This document shows, piece after piece, positions 19,065 to 29,912 of a stretch of DNA of 64,000 bases (position 1 is the first letter of the stretch; each line of letters starts with the position of its first letter). The stretch is taken from the NCBI GenBank assembly GCA_963733035.1, contig CAVTBU010000007.1, positions 1 to 64,000 on the forward strand, written 5' to 3'. The notes under the pieces are model-generated. The model saw only the letters and a list, made by a program, of their open reading frames with translations, made no database searches and was not told the DNA's origin. The translations under genes were made by a program, and so were the position numbers. This stretch comes from Pirellulales bacterium (GTDB lineage Bacteria > Planctomycetota > Planctomycetia > Pirellulales > PALSA-1355).

Positions 19065-19268
19065 GATAAACACCAGAAGAGACCGGAACCGGAGGGCTAT
19101 TCCTTCACCAATATGATCATACGCCAGCCGTGCCGAAAATCGGTGGTTTTCTCGGAGTCCGAAAAATCGGATGGGTTGATTGGACATCGCAGGACCGTGC
19201 TGCGACAATGTGCCGTCGAGGATGCGGGCCTACTTCTACGACGACTGCCAACAAGAAGGGATTGCGCC

Positions 19269-19367
19269 ATGGGTGACAAAGGCGGCAAGAAGGACAAAGA
19301 AAAGAGCAAAAAACAGAAGGCGATCAAGCAGGAGCAATCAGCGAAAGGGAAGAAACCGTCGAAGTGA
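19269..19367 (+). CDS. Small lysine-rich peptide (32 aa)
   Basis: MGDKGGKKDKEKSKKQKAIKQEQSAKGKKPSK with a purine-rich upstream segment. Confidence 0.5.
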   Translation: MGDKGGKKDKEKSKKQKAIKQEQSAKGKKPSK

Positions 19368-19984
19368 GTCAAGCCTCGATCGCGGAAACGCGAGAGTGGT
19401 CCCCTGCGAGGCTTGGCGGCGGCGCCGCCCAGCAACTACCTGCGGCCAAACTTGTCAAAGCTGGGCCAATGCGCGCTTCGATTTCGCGTCCCAAAGTCGA
19501 GTAGTTCCACACATATTCCCGACCCGCTGCTGACGCCCGGAGCGCTACGGGAAAAGAATTGGGGCCCCCCCCGACGGCACGACCATTCTGCCGTCGAACA
19601 GCGGCCGCCTCAGCTACTTTGTTGCTTGGTCCGTTGGCTGCTTCGATTGCGGTTCTGCTGGTTTCCGGTAATCGCCGATGACACCCTTCAGGGGGCAGAC
19701 GGAGAATGCCGGACACTGCTTGCAGCCGACTGCCAGAGCGATTGGGCAAAGAGTCATCTCAGTTTCTCCCTCGAACGACAGGGTTCAACGGCGCGCGAAC
19801 GATTCCATGGCGATTCTGATCATCCTACCAGCCTTCCGGTACAGCGGTACGCAATTCGCGCATCGTCATACGGTCGATTTTTGCGATTTCTGAGGAATTC
19901 TTGGGTTATCGCCACAGAGTCTGCCCTGCGGGTGACGGTTATCTTTTGGAACCCGTCGAACCGGGACGATATCATGGTCAGGTG

Positions 19985-20554
19985 ATGGCTGACATCACCC
20001 GCATCCTGTCCGCTGCCGAACAAGGCGACCAGCACGCCGCCGAAGAGCTATTGCCGCTGGTCTACGAGGAATTACGACGGTTGGCCGCTTCCAAATTGGC
20101 CGAAGAGAAGCCGGGACAAACGCTCCAGGCGACGGCCTTGGTTCATGAGGTGTACATCCGCCTTGTCGACACCAGACAGGCACAGCGGTGGAACAGCCGG
20201 GGGCATTTCTTTGCCGCAGCCGCCGAAGCCATGCGGCGAATCCTGATCGAGCAGGCGCGTCACAAGCTCACCGAAAGGGCCGGAGGCAAGGCTCAGCGCA
20301 TAGACTTTTCGGCCATCGAAGGGGTGCTACCCGACGCCGGCGTTGACCTGCTGGCCTTGAACGACGCGCTCGATAAGCTGGCCGTGAAGGACGCGCGCAA
20401 AGCCTTGCTTGTAAAGCTGCGTTTTTTCGCCGGCCTGACCGTTCAGGAGGCCGCCGAGTCGCTGGGAATCGCGGCGTCAACCGCTGACGCGGATTGGGCT
20501 TATGCACGAAGCTGGCTTCGAGTCGCGATGTCGGCCGACTCCGAGCCGGACTGA
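19985..20554 (+). CDS. ECF sigma factor, planctomycete STK-associated type
   Basis: LLPLVYEELRRLA, TLQATALVHEVY, HFFAAAAEAMRRILI, DWAYARSWL. Confidence 0.93.
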   Translation: MADITRILSAAEQGDQHAAEELLPLVYEELRRLAASKLAEEKPGQTLQATALVHEVYIRLVDTRQAQRWNSRGHFFAAAAEAMRRILIEQARHKLTERAGGKAQRIDFSAIEGVLPDAGVDLLALNDALDKLAVKDARKALLVKLRFFAGLTVQEAAESLGIAASTADADWAYARSWLRVAMSADSEPD

Positions 20555-20665
20555 GGCCCCAGCGAATTTTTCGCAAAATCTCGGTTTCCATCGGGTGATC
20601 CGCACGTTTTTCTCGCACTGACTGACAGACAATCGAGCTGCGCGCCTGCGCGGCGGGGAGATTCC

Positions 20666-23600
20666 ATGACCAATCACAAACCTGACGATGAGGCGATTTT
20701 CAAAGTCGCCCGGGAAATTAAGTCGTCCGATGCGCGGGACGCTTATCTAGAGCAGGTTTGTACGGACGACCAAGAACTTCGCGCGCGGGTCATTTCGCTG
20801 CTCCGGGTAGAAGAGGAGCAACCTTGTTTTCTGGAATCCCCGATATCGGTGATCGTCACGACTGAAGATCCCCTCACCGAGCAAGCCGGGGTGCAAATCG
20901 GCCCCTACAAACTGCTGGAGCAGATTGGCGAAGGTGGCATGGGCGTCGTCTACATGGCCGAACAGCAGGTGCCGGTGCGGCGGCGGGTCGCGCTCAAGAT
21001 CATCAAGCCGGGCATGGACTCGCGCCAGGTGATAGCCCGCTTTGAAGCCGAGCGCCAGGCGTTGGCCTTGATGGACCATCCGAACATCGCCCGAGTGCTC
21101 GAGGCCGGGACGACCGATACGGGCCGGCCGTACTTCGTCATGGAGCTGGTGCGTGGCGTGCCGATTACGGAATACTGCGACCAGGCCAATCTCTCGGTGC
21201 GGGATCGGCTGGAGTTATTCGTTCAGGTTTGCCATGCAGTGCAACACGCCCATCAGAAAGGGATCATCCATCGCGATCTCAAGCCGTCGAACGTGCTGAT
21301 CACGCTGCACGACGGCCGGCCGGTTCCCAAGGTGATCGACTTTGGAGTCGCCAAAGCCACGAATCAGCAACTTACGGAAAAAACGCTGTTTACGAACTTC
21401 TCGCAGATGATTGGCACTCCGCTGTACATGAGTCCAGAACAGGCCGAGATGTCGGGCCTCGACGTCGATACACGCAGCGACATTTATTCGCTGGGCGTGC
21501 TCCTCTTTGAACTTCTAACGGGCACGACTCCGTTCGACCGAGAGCGCCTACGCCAGGCGCCCTTCGACGAGATCCGCCGTATTATCCGCGAAGAGGATCC
21601 CCCCAAGCCAAGTGCAGCCATCGACACGCTCGGCCGAACTCGCACGACCACGACAGTCCAGCGCGCGGTCGAACCCTATCGCTTCTCGCAGCTCCTGCGT
21701 GGGGACTTGGACTGGATCGTGATGAAGGCCCTGGAGAAGGACCGCTCGCGGCGATACGTATCGGCCGATGGGCTGGCACGCGACGTCGAGCGATATTTGC
21801 ATGACGAGCCGGTCGAGGCACACTCGCCGTCCGCAATTTATCGACTGCGCAAGTTCGCACGCCGCAACCGTGCCGCGCTAATTACGGCAGTTCTGGTTTC
21901 CACCGCCTTAATCGTAGGCACGGCCACTAGTACATGGCAGGCCGTGCGCGCCTGGCACGCCGAACGCTTGGCCGACGCAGCGCGCCTCGAGGAAACTCGG
22001 CAGCGACGAATTGCTGAAGACCAGCGAAACGAGGCGGAAAAACAGCGTGGTCGGGCCGAAGCAAATTTCCAACAGGCACGCAAGGCCGTTGACGATTACT
22101 TGACTGCGGTGAGCCAGAGCAAACTGTTCGACGTGCCGGGGTCACAGCCGTTGCGCAAGGAATTACTCGACTCGGCGCTCGCTTATTACAAACACTTCAT
22201 TGACCAGCATGCCGACGATCCGACGGTCCAGGCGGAGTTGGCAGCCGCCTACCTCCGCGTCGGGGACATCACTAGCGCGATGGGCGCCAAGGATCAGGCA
22301 CTAGAGGCGATCCAGAAGGGAGCGGACGCATACGAGCACCTGGCGAACGACAGACCAGAGGTCGCGGCCTATCAAGCAGGGCTGGCCAGCGCGTTGAATG
22401 AGCGAGGCGTCGTCGAACGAGCCCTGGGACGACTGCCTGATACTGAGGTCTCCTGCCGCCGCGCTCTGGCAATCTATGAGACGCTTGCCAGGGAGTATCC
22501 AGAAGTCGACGAGTACCGGGACGGCGCTGGCAAGGCGCAGACGAATCTCGGCGTTGCACGCAGCGCGGCTGGTCGGACGGCTGAGGCGGAAGCGTCCTAT
22601 CGAAGTGCCATCGAGATCTATCAACAGTTCGTTCGCCGACACCCGGAAGTTCGCACGTATCGAGCAGATCTGGCCAATGCACTTTATCACCTCGGCCATT
22701 TGCAGCGGGCCGCGCACGAGCTAGTCGAGGCGAAAGCGTCGTTCCAACAAGCCGGCCAGGTATACGAAACGCTCGCCGCCGAGGATGACCGTGTCGCGAC
22801 GTATCTCTTGGGCGTCGCCCACGCCCAGTATAATCTCGGCATCGTGAACCGCGCGCTCGGACAAGCTACCGAGGCTGCGGATGCCAATCAGCGGGCCCGG
22901 GTGGCCTACGACCAACTTGGGAGCCAGAACCCGACGGTCGCGAGCTACAAGATTGGCCTGGCCCGATCCTGCTACAATCTCGGCTTACTGCAATCCGAGC
23001 TCGGCCAACCTGGCGAGGCTCAACAAAGCTGGATCTCCGCGGCCGCGGCCTATGGTGCTGCCGCCGAGCTTGGCTACTCGCAGGCGGCCGCATCTTCGGG
23101 ACTGGCTGACTCGCTAGCCATGCAGGGCCGCTGGCAAGACGCCGCCGACGCCTACGCCGACGTCGCGCTTGCCGGCAACCACGCCTTGAAGCCGTTGGTT
23201 CGTCTGGCCCTGCTGTATGCGGGCGCTGGCAACGACGCGGAATATCAGGCGACATGCGCAGAGCTTCTGCGACGATACGGCGAGCAGGCGAATGCCCTTG
23301 ATGCGCTGTCGATCGCCGCGGCTTGCACGATCGGCGAGCACGCCGTTGAGGATCTGCCTAAGGCGATCGAGATCGCTCAGAGAGCCGTGGTGTCTGATCC
23401 GGACAACCCCGCTTGCCGCGCGGCTCTTGGGGTCGCTCTGTTCCGCACCGGCCAGACAGAGAAAGCCATCGCAACACTCAAAGAGGCTCTACCGCTGCTT
23501 GCCGCGGCTGAGCAGTCAGCGCCGCAGCAACTAGACCGGATCCAGACGAGCCGCCTCGCCGCGGAAACGATCCTGGCGCTGGCGTATGACCAACAACAAG

Positions 23601-23782
23601 ATCAGCAATCGCTGGCCACGCAGATCCAGAAACTCCAGCGGCTGGTCGAAAACCAGGCAACAAGGCCTCCCAAGTACAGCGAAGGGACCGACTCCTGGCT
23701 GGTTCCACTCTGGATTCACATAGCCCAGCGCGAGCTGAGACAACTGACATCGCCTACCGCGGCGCCGGGAGAGTCGCGATGA
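20666..23782 (+). CDS. Membrane Ser/Thr protein kinase with C-terminal TPR repeats
   Basis: [28 protein letters not shown]; one TM segment; TPR-like helical repeats. Confidence 0.95.
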   Translation: MTNHKPDDEAIFKVAREIKSSDARDAYLEQVCTDDQELRARVISLLRVEEEQPCFLESPISVIVTTEDPLTEQAGVQIGPYKLLEQIGEGGMGVVYMAEQQVPVRRRVALKIIKPGMDSRQVIARFEAERQALALMDHPNIARVLEAGTTDTGRPYFVMELVRGVPITEYCDQANLSVRDRLELFVQVCHAVQHAHQKGIIHRDLKPSNVLITLHDGRPVPKVIDFGVAKATNQQLTEKTLFTNFSQMIGTPLYMSPEQAEMSGLDVDTRSDIYSLGVLLFELLTGTTPFDRERLRQAPFDEIRRIIREEDPPKPSAAIDTLGRTRTTTTVQRAVEPYRFSQLLRGDLDWIVMKALEKDRSRRYVSADGLARDVERYLHDEPVEAHSPSAIYRLRKFARRNRAALITAVLVSTALIVGTATSTWQAVRAWHAERLADAARLEETRQRRIAEDQRNEAEKQRGRAEANFQQARKAVDDYLTAVSQSKLFDVPGSQPLRKELLDSALAYYKHFIDQHADDPTVQAELAAAYLRVGDITSAMGAKDQALEAIQKGADAYEHLANDRPEVAAYQAGLASALNERGVVERALGRLPDTEVSCRRALAIYETLAREYPEVDEYRDGAGKAQTNLGVARSAAGRTAEAEASYRSAIEIYQQFVRRHPEVRTYRADLANALYHLGHLQRAAHELVEAKASFQQAGQVYETLAAEDDRVATYLLGVAHAQYNLGIVNRALGQATEAADANQRARVAYDQLGSQNPTVASYKIGLARSCYNLGLLQSELGQPGEAQQSWISAAAAYGAAAELGYSQAAASSGLADSLAMQGRWQDAADAYADVALAGNHALKPLVRLALLYAGAGNDAEYQATCAELLRRYGEQANALDALSIAAACTIGEHAVEDLPKAIEIAQRAVVSDPDNPACRAALGVALFRTGQTEKAIATLKEALPLLAAAEQSAPQQLDRIQTSRLAAETILALAYDQQQDQQSLATQIQKLQRLVENQATRPPKYSEGTDSWLVPLWIHIAQRELRQLTSPTAAPGESR

Positions 23783-23912
23783 GCGCTCATAATTGGCGCA
23801 CCCGTTGCCATGGCTGGGCGGCGGCACGACTCCGCGGTCGTCGCGAAGCGCGCTCTGCTTCTAGATTTTTGGTCACCCCGAATCATTCGGCTTAACTCGA
23901 AGGACAATTCAA

Positions 23913-24941
23913 ATGAAATGGTTCCGCCTGTCGTGTCTCTGCTCGGCTGCCGTCGTACTTTCGCCGCATGTTTCCCTCGCCACTGCGTTCGAGTCAGTGG
24001 GCTACCAGATTAACGGCGAGGCAGGGTTCACGGGATCCGGTCAACCGTTTTTCGACGTGCATCTTCTCGATTCGACCGATCCGGACGCCGAGATCACGGT
24101 GGATAAAGTTTTGGGTGCGGATTTTGCCGGTGGATCCGCATCGGGGCAAGCCACTCCTCGCGCTGCCCAGGGATCGTTGGGGGTCTTTGCCACTGCAATC
24201 AGCAATTCGAGCGGATACCTGAGCTATGGAAACGCAACCGTCATATCCAAGGCGCAAATGCGCGACAATTGGACGTTCACGACGGGATTCCAGGATGGTG
24301 CCCCCCTTCATGTAATAGCGGCCTTTAAACTCGATGGCGGCCAAGACATAAATCTCAACGGCGAAGATTCCCAGGGCGGCTATGCGGATTCCGTCACCGC
24401 CATCGCGCAAACCACGCTGACCGTCAGTGGAGTGGGAGTCCTGCCAGGACCGTACTTAAATGGAGCGTACGCGTACAGCTATCGTGACGTGAACCGCGGT
24501 GATAACGACATCTATGACGGCCCGCCCCCGTATGTCTATTTCGATGCCGTGTTTCAATCCGGCGTACCAATGAGTATGCAGTTTAATCTCGAACTGAATC
24601 AAAGTGTCTCTGTGCTTAGCAACGATTACTACAGAGGTGGGTCCGCGCTTGCCGTGGGCAATTTCTCACACACACTGATCTGGGACGGCATTACCAGTGT
24701 CACGGACGAGTTTGGAAATCCCGTAAGCGACTGGACGCTCACCACCGAAAGCGGCGTCGACTACGCCCATGCCATCCAGGTACCCGAACCGTCCACCGCC
24801 GTGATACTGCTGGCTGCAATCCCGATGACGTTTCTCCTCCGTCGACGCAACTCAACCGTCGCAACTCAACCGTCGCAACCCGCCGCCGCTGACCGCTTGC
24901 GGAGTGGGCATACACAGGGCCCGCGCCGAACTTCGTCGTAG
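23913..24941 (+). CDS. PEP-CTERM surface protein
   Basis: Signal peptide, S/G/T-rich beta region, VPEPSTAVILLAAIPMTFLLRRR. Confidence 0.88.
   Translation: MKWFRLSCLCSAAVVLSPHVSLATAFESVGYQINGEAGFTGSGQPFFDVHLLDSTDPDAEITVDKVLGADFAGGSASGQATPRAAQGSLGVFATAISNSSGYLSYGNATVISKAQMRDNWTFTTGFQDGAPLHVIAAFKLDGGQDINLNGEDSQGGYADSVTAIAQTTLTVSGVGVLPGPYLNGAYAYSYRDVNRGDNDIYDGPPPYVYFDAVFQSGVPMSMQFNLELNQSVSVLSNDYYRGGSALAVGNFSHTLIWDGITSVTDEFGNPVSDWTLTTESGVDYAHAIQVPEPSTAVILLAAIPMTFLLRRRNSTVATQPSQPAAADRLRSGHTQGPRRTSS
24846..24879 (+). repeat. 14-bp tandem repeat (CGCAACTCAACCGT x2.4)
   Basis: Read directly from the sequence. Confidence 0.9.
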
Positions 24942-25119
24942 CTCCTGTCACGGCGCGAAATGCTCGGCACAAGACCCCGTCGCCTCTCGCCTGTCTTTTG
25001 GCGAGTCGGGCCAGATTGAAAACCGGTGGCTGGATTTGAACGTGGGTCAAAAGTGCCGACTTCGAGCCGTTTGTACCAAATGCTGCTCGGCGAGTCGCAT
25101 CAGTCCGTCGAATCCCTTC

Positions 25120-25343
25120 CGCACGATCCTATCGTGGCCACAATGCGCAAACTTGAACTTTTGCACGGCAGGCGAGACTGTCTAGATGTACGTCTCCTTT
25201 TGGAAAATACAGAACGCTAGAACCAACATGGTATAAGTCGGTTCCATTGTGTCCATCCCGTGAGCACCACTTTCGTCCGCGTAAATGACATAGTCGCTGA
25301 AAGCGGCTTGCGAGGCTGGCAGATTCGTGATGTTTGGATTCAT
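25120..25343 (-). pseudogene. DUF3800-like protein fragment
   Basis: Manual translation FSDYVIYADESGAHGMDTMEPTYTMLVLAFCIFQKETYI*TVSPAVQKFKFAHCGHD; internal TAG, then resemblance is lost. Confidence 0.7.
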
Positions 25344-25508
25344 GGCAACCAACTTATCACGTTAAATCATCGTTCGACATCGGCTCTCAAGAGTGCGATG
25401 CCTACGACAATGTCTGACTGGACCTGACAAACGGGCTGTTTCCCGCCCGCTGTAGAGTTTGATAGACTCGTGCCGGTTGTCTCAATTCTTCAGAATGACT
25501 GGCATCCA

Positions 25509-25784
25509 ATGAACAAGCTGAGCGAGCACGTCAAAGTTGCTGAAGCTGCCGAGATTCTCGGTGTTTCGCAGGGCACCGTACGGAGTTGGGCCGAACACGG
25601 TAAGATTCCCATGTCCCGAAATCCGGCAAACGGTAGTCGCCTCTTTCGCCGGGAAGATCTGGAGAAGCTCCTGAAGTTTAGCGGCCAAACAGGCGGGGAA
25701 ATAGTGATCGAAGGAGTGACGGCGAGCGGGCCCCTAAGAAGTCCTCCAGTTCGCCGCGATTTTCAAATCGCGGGCTCGTATTGA
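25509..25784 (+). CDS. MerR/excisionase-type HTH protein (C-terminus possibly frameshifted)
   Basis: VAEAAEILGVSQGTVRSWAEHGKIP..RNPANGSRLFRREDL. Confidence 0.75.
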   Translation: MNKLSEHVKVAEAAEILGVSQGTVRSWAEHGKIPMSRNPANGSRLFRREDLEKLLKFSGQTGGEIVIEGVTASGPLRSPPVRRDFQIAGSY

Positions 25785-26374
25785 CGTCGTATTTTCGACG
25801 TTCAAGCGCGATGTGAGTCGTGCCAGCGCCGTGCAACGACAGTCTGACGCGGACCAGTCTGGCTCGTTCAGCCGCTGATAAGATGCGCAAGAGAGACAGC
25901 TCCGAGCCATGCTAGGCAAGTGGTGGAACATGCAGTCATATGGATTTTTGGGCTGGATTTGCATGCTGGATCAGAGGAGGCGCGCGAAATTTGACTTTGA
26001 GAGTGCGCGGTCATTAGTATTGTGATAGATGACCAGCGCCGGCGTTTTTAGACCGTAAATGTGCCGCGTTGCTCATCATAGGATAGCCGCGTCTTATCGC
26101 GACCGCGATAGGCACGGTTCCGTCGAGTTTTTGGTTAGACGTATCCAGAGCACTGCCGACGAGAGGCCTGAATACGTTACGGCTGTTGATTGACCGCGTA
26201 TCACCTTGTGGTGACAAACACCAAGAAACTCCGACCGAAGCTGCAGTAGAGATAATCCAGAGCGCCGCTGATACCAAGGGGCCTGGACGAGTTGCGACGG
26301 CATTTCGCCTGCGCAGTTCGCCCAGGCCCCTTTTTTTTTGATAAAGCCACCTTCACCACCTAGGAGACGATTAG

Positions 26375-26653
26375 ATGAACCAATCCGCCAATGAAACGCA
26401 GATTTCGCTAAATGAAACGCAGGCGTCGCTCCTCGACGTCAAAGCCCTTGCGAAACTGCTTCACTGTTCACCCAGGCACATACGTCGGCTGGTCGAGTTG
26501 GGTCGGATGCCGAAGCCAGTTCGCCTCGGTACTCTTGTTCGGTGGCCAAGGCCGGCGATTGAAGCCTGGATCGGCGAAGGATGCGAGCCGGTCCGAAAAG
26601 CCAACCCGAAAAGCACCAAGGTATCGGACGTCAATAAATCGACTGCGACATGA
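26375..26653 (+). CDS. AlpA-like HTH / excisionase
   Basis: LLDVKALAKLLHCSPRHIRRLVELGRMPKPVRLGTLVRW; AGGAG RBS. Confidence 0.85.
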   Translation: MNQSANETQISLNETQASLLDVKALAKLLHCSPRHIRRLVELGRMPKPVRLGTLVRWPRPAIEAWIGEGCEPVRKANPKSTKVSDVNKSTAT

Positions 26654-26728
26654 CATCTACTGCCGCTTACCGTGTTGTTTGCGAATTACAAGGACCGTTA
26701 ATTCAATCCAGGAAAGGAGTCCGCTGCT

Positions 26729-29530
26729 ATGGCAGCAAAGAACAGCGATCTCACCGAGCTGCGCGACCAGATCATCGCGTCCCTCGATATTCCATACGAG
26801 TACAGTCAGATGGGCCTGCGGCTCGCGTCCGACAAGCCGCGATCGAGCGGCAAGATGGAAGCGTATTCCATGACCCGCGACGAGCGCAAGCCTAGCGCTT
26901 GGATCGACGCGAACACCGGCATGTACGGTGACTCGGGCCCCGGCGGCGAGTCTGGCCTGTCGATCTTCGACTTTGCCATCAAGTACGGCGGCCGCGTCGA
27001 CTTCAAGTCCGCGTTCGCTCACTTCGCCGAAAAGGCCGGCGTCGACATCAAGAAAAAGAAACGCAAGCTGCGGGAGGAAAAGCCGGAGGACAAGCTTGAA
27101 TTCCAGGAATGGGACGACGGCAATGACATCCTCGCAACAATGTGGTGCGTCAAACACAAGCAGGGCGTGACCCTCGAATCCGTCAAGGCAGCAGGCGGCA
27201 AGATCGCTTTCTATCCGTGCTGGAAGGACAAGGAAACCGGCGAGAGAAAGCGCGGCTCGCACAAGTGTATCGCGGTCCCATGCTATGTCGATGACGTGAC
27301 ATCCGCAGAGCCGGTCGCCTGGGTGCTGTACGACCTGCACAACCAAAAGTTCAAGGTGTTTCGCGGCGACGATCAAGAGCCCGACTACGTCAAGATGAAG
27401 TCCATCGGACCCACGCGGGGAGCGATGATGGGCCGCGCGGGACTGGAGCGACTGGCCGGCGACCGCAACGGCATCGAGCTAGTCTGGAAAACCGCCGGCC
27501 CTAGTGACATGCTCGCGTTGATGGCTGCGATTCCCGAGGATAAGCGGGGCTCGCACGTCGTCGTGTGCAATGCGAGCGGTGAGACCGGCGACGTACTGCC
27601 AAACAACATCGACCTGTTCGTCGGGGTCAAGGCGGCTGTGCTGCACGATGCCGACGAGGCCGGCGAGTTTGGCGCCGTGAAGTGGTGCCTGCCTCTGCAC
27701 GCTGTCAGCCAAGAGGTTCGTCACGTCCGCCTGCCGTACGACGTGACACAGAAGGGCGGCAAAGACTTCCGCGACTTTGTTGCCGAGGGGAATAACTACG
27801 ACTCCCTGTTGACTCTCTACAACGCCGCGAAGCCCTACGAGCCGCCCGCCGAACCAGGCCACGGCGACGGCAAGCCAGAAACCAGCATGGCAGCCGAGCG
27901 GCAGATTGTCGGGATGATCCAACTCGACGTGCTCGGCGAAACAGATCGCGGCGGTGTGAAGGTGTTCAGTGAGTTCCATCGCAAGGCTGACGTCATCACC
28001 GACATCGGTAGGCTGACGTTCGAGAACTTGTCTCGCATCGCTGGACCGCGCGTGCGTGAATGCGTGATGCTCAGTAGCCGCGACGAGAAGCCGGGAATGG
28101 TTCCGCTCCAGGCGGTCAAGAATGCCATCGCGCTACTGTCCGGCTACCGGCGGATCGGTGAGCAAACCGAACTCGGCGCCGGCTGCTGGTCGGGCATGAC
28201 GGAGGAAGGCATTGCGTACCCATCGGTCGTGATGGTCAACAACGGAGAGGCCGCCGAGTGGAACGGCACGAAGCAGCTTGAGCGAATCGACCACCCGCGA
28301 AGCAAGGGGCACCTGCTCGACTTCGAGAGCGCAGAGAAGCCGTGGTACGACTTCGCGAACCTGAAAAACTACATCGACAACTGTGATCGCGAGTTCGCCG
28401 TCAAGGCCATGAACGAAGCAATCTTGCTGTTTGACAAGTTCGGCTGGAAGCATCCTGCCGGGGCCTACACGACTACCGGACTGGTCCTGGCGACCTGGGT
28501 GCAGTCTCTGTGGGAGTGGCGCCCGCAGATCGCGGTCATCGGCCCCTCGAACTCTGGTAAGACGACCCTGTTCAACGTGCTCGACAAGCTATTCGGTAGT
28601 CTCACCTTGAAGTCGTCGAGTAGCACGGCGGCCGGCATCCGGCAAGCCATCAAGAATTCCAGCCGCATCCTGCTGTGCGACGAGTTCGAGGACAGCCGGC
28701 ACCGGGCGGAAGTGCTCGAAATGCTCCGCGTCAGCGGCCGGGGCGACAAGATTCTGCGAGGCACCACCAACCAGCGTGGGCAGGGCTTCGGCCTGCGGCA
28801 TATCGCCTGGGTGGCCGCCATCGAGGTCGGGCTCAAGAGGGCCCCCGACCGGAACCGCTTCATCATGCTCGAACTGGAGAAGCTGACCCACGAGCGGCAG
28901 AAAACATTCAACCCTCCGTCCGCTGCGGCGGTAGCTGATTTAGGTCAGCGCTTGCTTGCTGTCGCGATCCGCTACATCCATGACGCCCGGCCGATGGCAG
29001 TCGCCCTGAAGGACTGCCGTTTTCCAGGCGTGGACGACCGCGTAGTGGAGAGCTACGCGGTGCCCGCGGCGATGATCTCAGCCTTGCAGGGATTCAGCGT
29101 CGAGTCCGCCAAGGGGATCATGGACGAGATGCTGCAAGGCATCGACCGGGAGCAGGGCGAGATCGCCGACGAGTCCGACCTGATGCAAGCCATCCTGGCA
29201 GCCCACGTATGGTGCCGCAAAAATCAACGCACGGTTAGCCAACTAATTGCCCGGTGGAATGCGACGGACGATGAAATCAAGACCGCTTTGGGCGCATATG
29301 GCCTAAGGTACGAGCCCAGCTGGAAGAACATTGCTGCGTCATGCGGAGTGCTAATGATTGACCATAAAGTTGTGCCAGGAAAACTATTGCGCGATACGCG
29401 ATGGCAATTTCAGAGTATCGATCAGATACTTATGCGGATCGAAACTGCGATAAAGTCACGGCAGCGGATCGCAGAAGCTCCAAAATATGTAATCATGGTT
29501 CCTTTGGACAAGTTTTTAGCGGAATCCTAA
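26729..29530 (+). CDS. Primase(TOPRIM)-helicase/ATPase replication protein
   Basis: TOPRIM-like VLHDADEAG and GGKDFRDF; Walker A GPSNSGKTT; Walker B LLCDEFED; AAGGAG RBS. Confidence 0.8.
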   Translation: MAAKNSDLTELRDQIIASLDIPYEYSQMGLRLASDKPRSSGKMEAYSMTRDERKPSAWIDANTGMYGDSGPGGESGLSIFDFAIKYGGRVDFKSAFAHFAEKAGVDIKKKKRKLREEKPEDKLEFQEWDDGNDILATMWCVKHKQGVTLESVKAAGGKIAFYPCWKDKETGERKRGSHKCIAVPCYVDDVTSAEPVAWVLYDLHNQKFKVFRGDDQEPDYVKMKSIGPTRGAMMGRAGLERLAGDRNGIELVWKTAGPSDMLALMAAIPEDKRGSHVVVCNASGETGDVLPNNIDLFVGVKAAVLHDADEAGEFGAVKWCLPLHAVSQEVRHVRLPYDVTQKGGKDFRDFVAEGNNYDSLLTLYNAAKPYEPPAEPGHGDGKPETSMAAERQIVGMIQLDVLGETDRGGVKVFSEFHRKADVITDIGRLTFENLSRIAGPRVRECVMLSSRDEKPGMVPLQAVKNAIALLSGYRRIGEQTELGAGCWSGMTEEGIAYPSVVMVNNGEAAEWNGTKQLERIDHPRSKGHLLDFESAEKPWYDFANLKNYIDNCDREFAVKAMNEAILLFDKFGWKHPAGAYTTTGLVLATWVQSLWEWRPQIAVIGPSNSGKTTLFNVLDKLFGSLTLKSSSSTAAGIRQAIKNSSRILLCDEFEDSRHRAEVLEMLRVSGRGDKILRGTTNQRGQGFGLRHIAWVAAIEVGLKRAPDRNRFIMLELEKLTHERQKTFNPPSAAAVADLGQRLLAVAIRYIHDARPMAVALKDCRFPGVDDRVVESYAVPAAMISALQGFSVESAKGIMDEMLQGIDREQGEIADESDLMQAILAAHVWCRKNQRTVSQLIARWNATDDEIKTALGAYGLRYEPSWKNIAASCGVLMIDHKVVPGKLLRDTRWQFQSIDQILMRIETAIKSRQRIAEAPKYVIMVPLDKFLAES

Positions 29531-29559
29531 GAGCACGATTTGGTCGTCAACTGCTGATT

Positions 29560-29899
29560 GGAACAATGGGGAATAGGTTTGGAACAAAACTGGAACAAGA
29601 ACGGTCGCGAGGTCCGTCGATGTAACTCTCGATCTCGAAGACTTTTGCAGTCGAGTAGAAACCGCCGTGCTTGAATCTGTTCCGATGTTCCATGTGTTCC
29701 TGTTACAGAATGCGAGAGAGTGTCCTTGACTGCGGAATTCCCGGACCGACGAAACTGTAATTTAGCCAGTCCCCGACCGGAACAGGTGGAACTGTGGAAC
29801 GGCGACGAAACGACAGATGCAAGTTGTGTACAATGAATAACTTAGCGTCTTGTCTCTCTGTTCGACGCCGAAGGAACGTCGGGAGCACTCGACGGAACA
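29560..29899. repeat. GGAACA iteron-like array, putative replication origin
   Basis: GGAACA/GGAATA at 29560, 29570, 29581, 29592; inverse TGTTCC at 29678, 29686, 29695; GGAAC(A/T/G) at 29779, 29788, 29796, 29873, 29894. Confidence 0.7.
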
Positions 29900-29912
29900 T
29901 TAACTGACCCTG

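Noticed and set aside
29560..29899. CRISPR array
   Set aside because: Repeats are only 5-6 bp, irregularly spaced and in both orientations; no cas genes and no CRISPR-like array seen anywhere.
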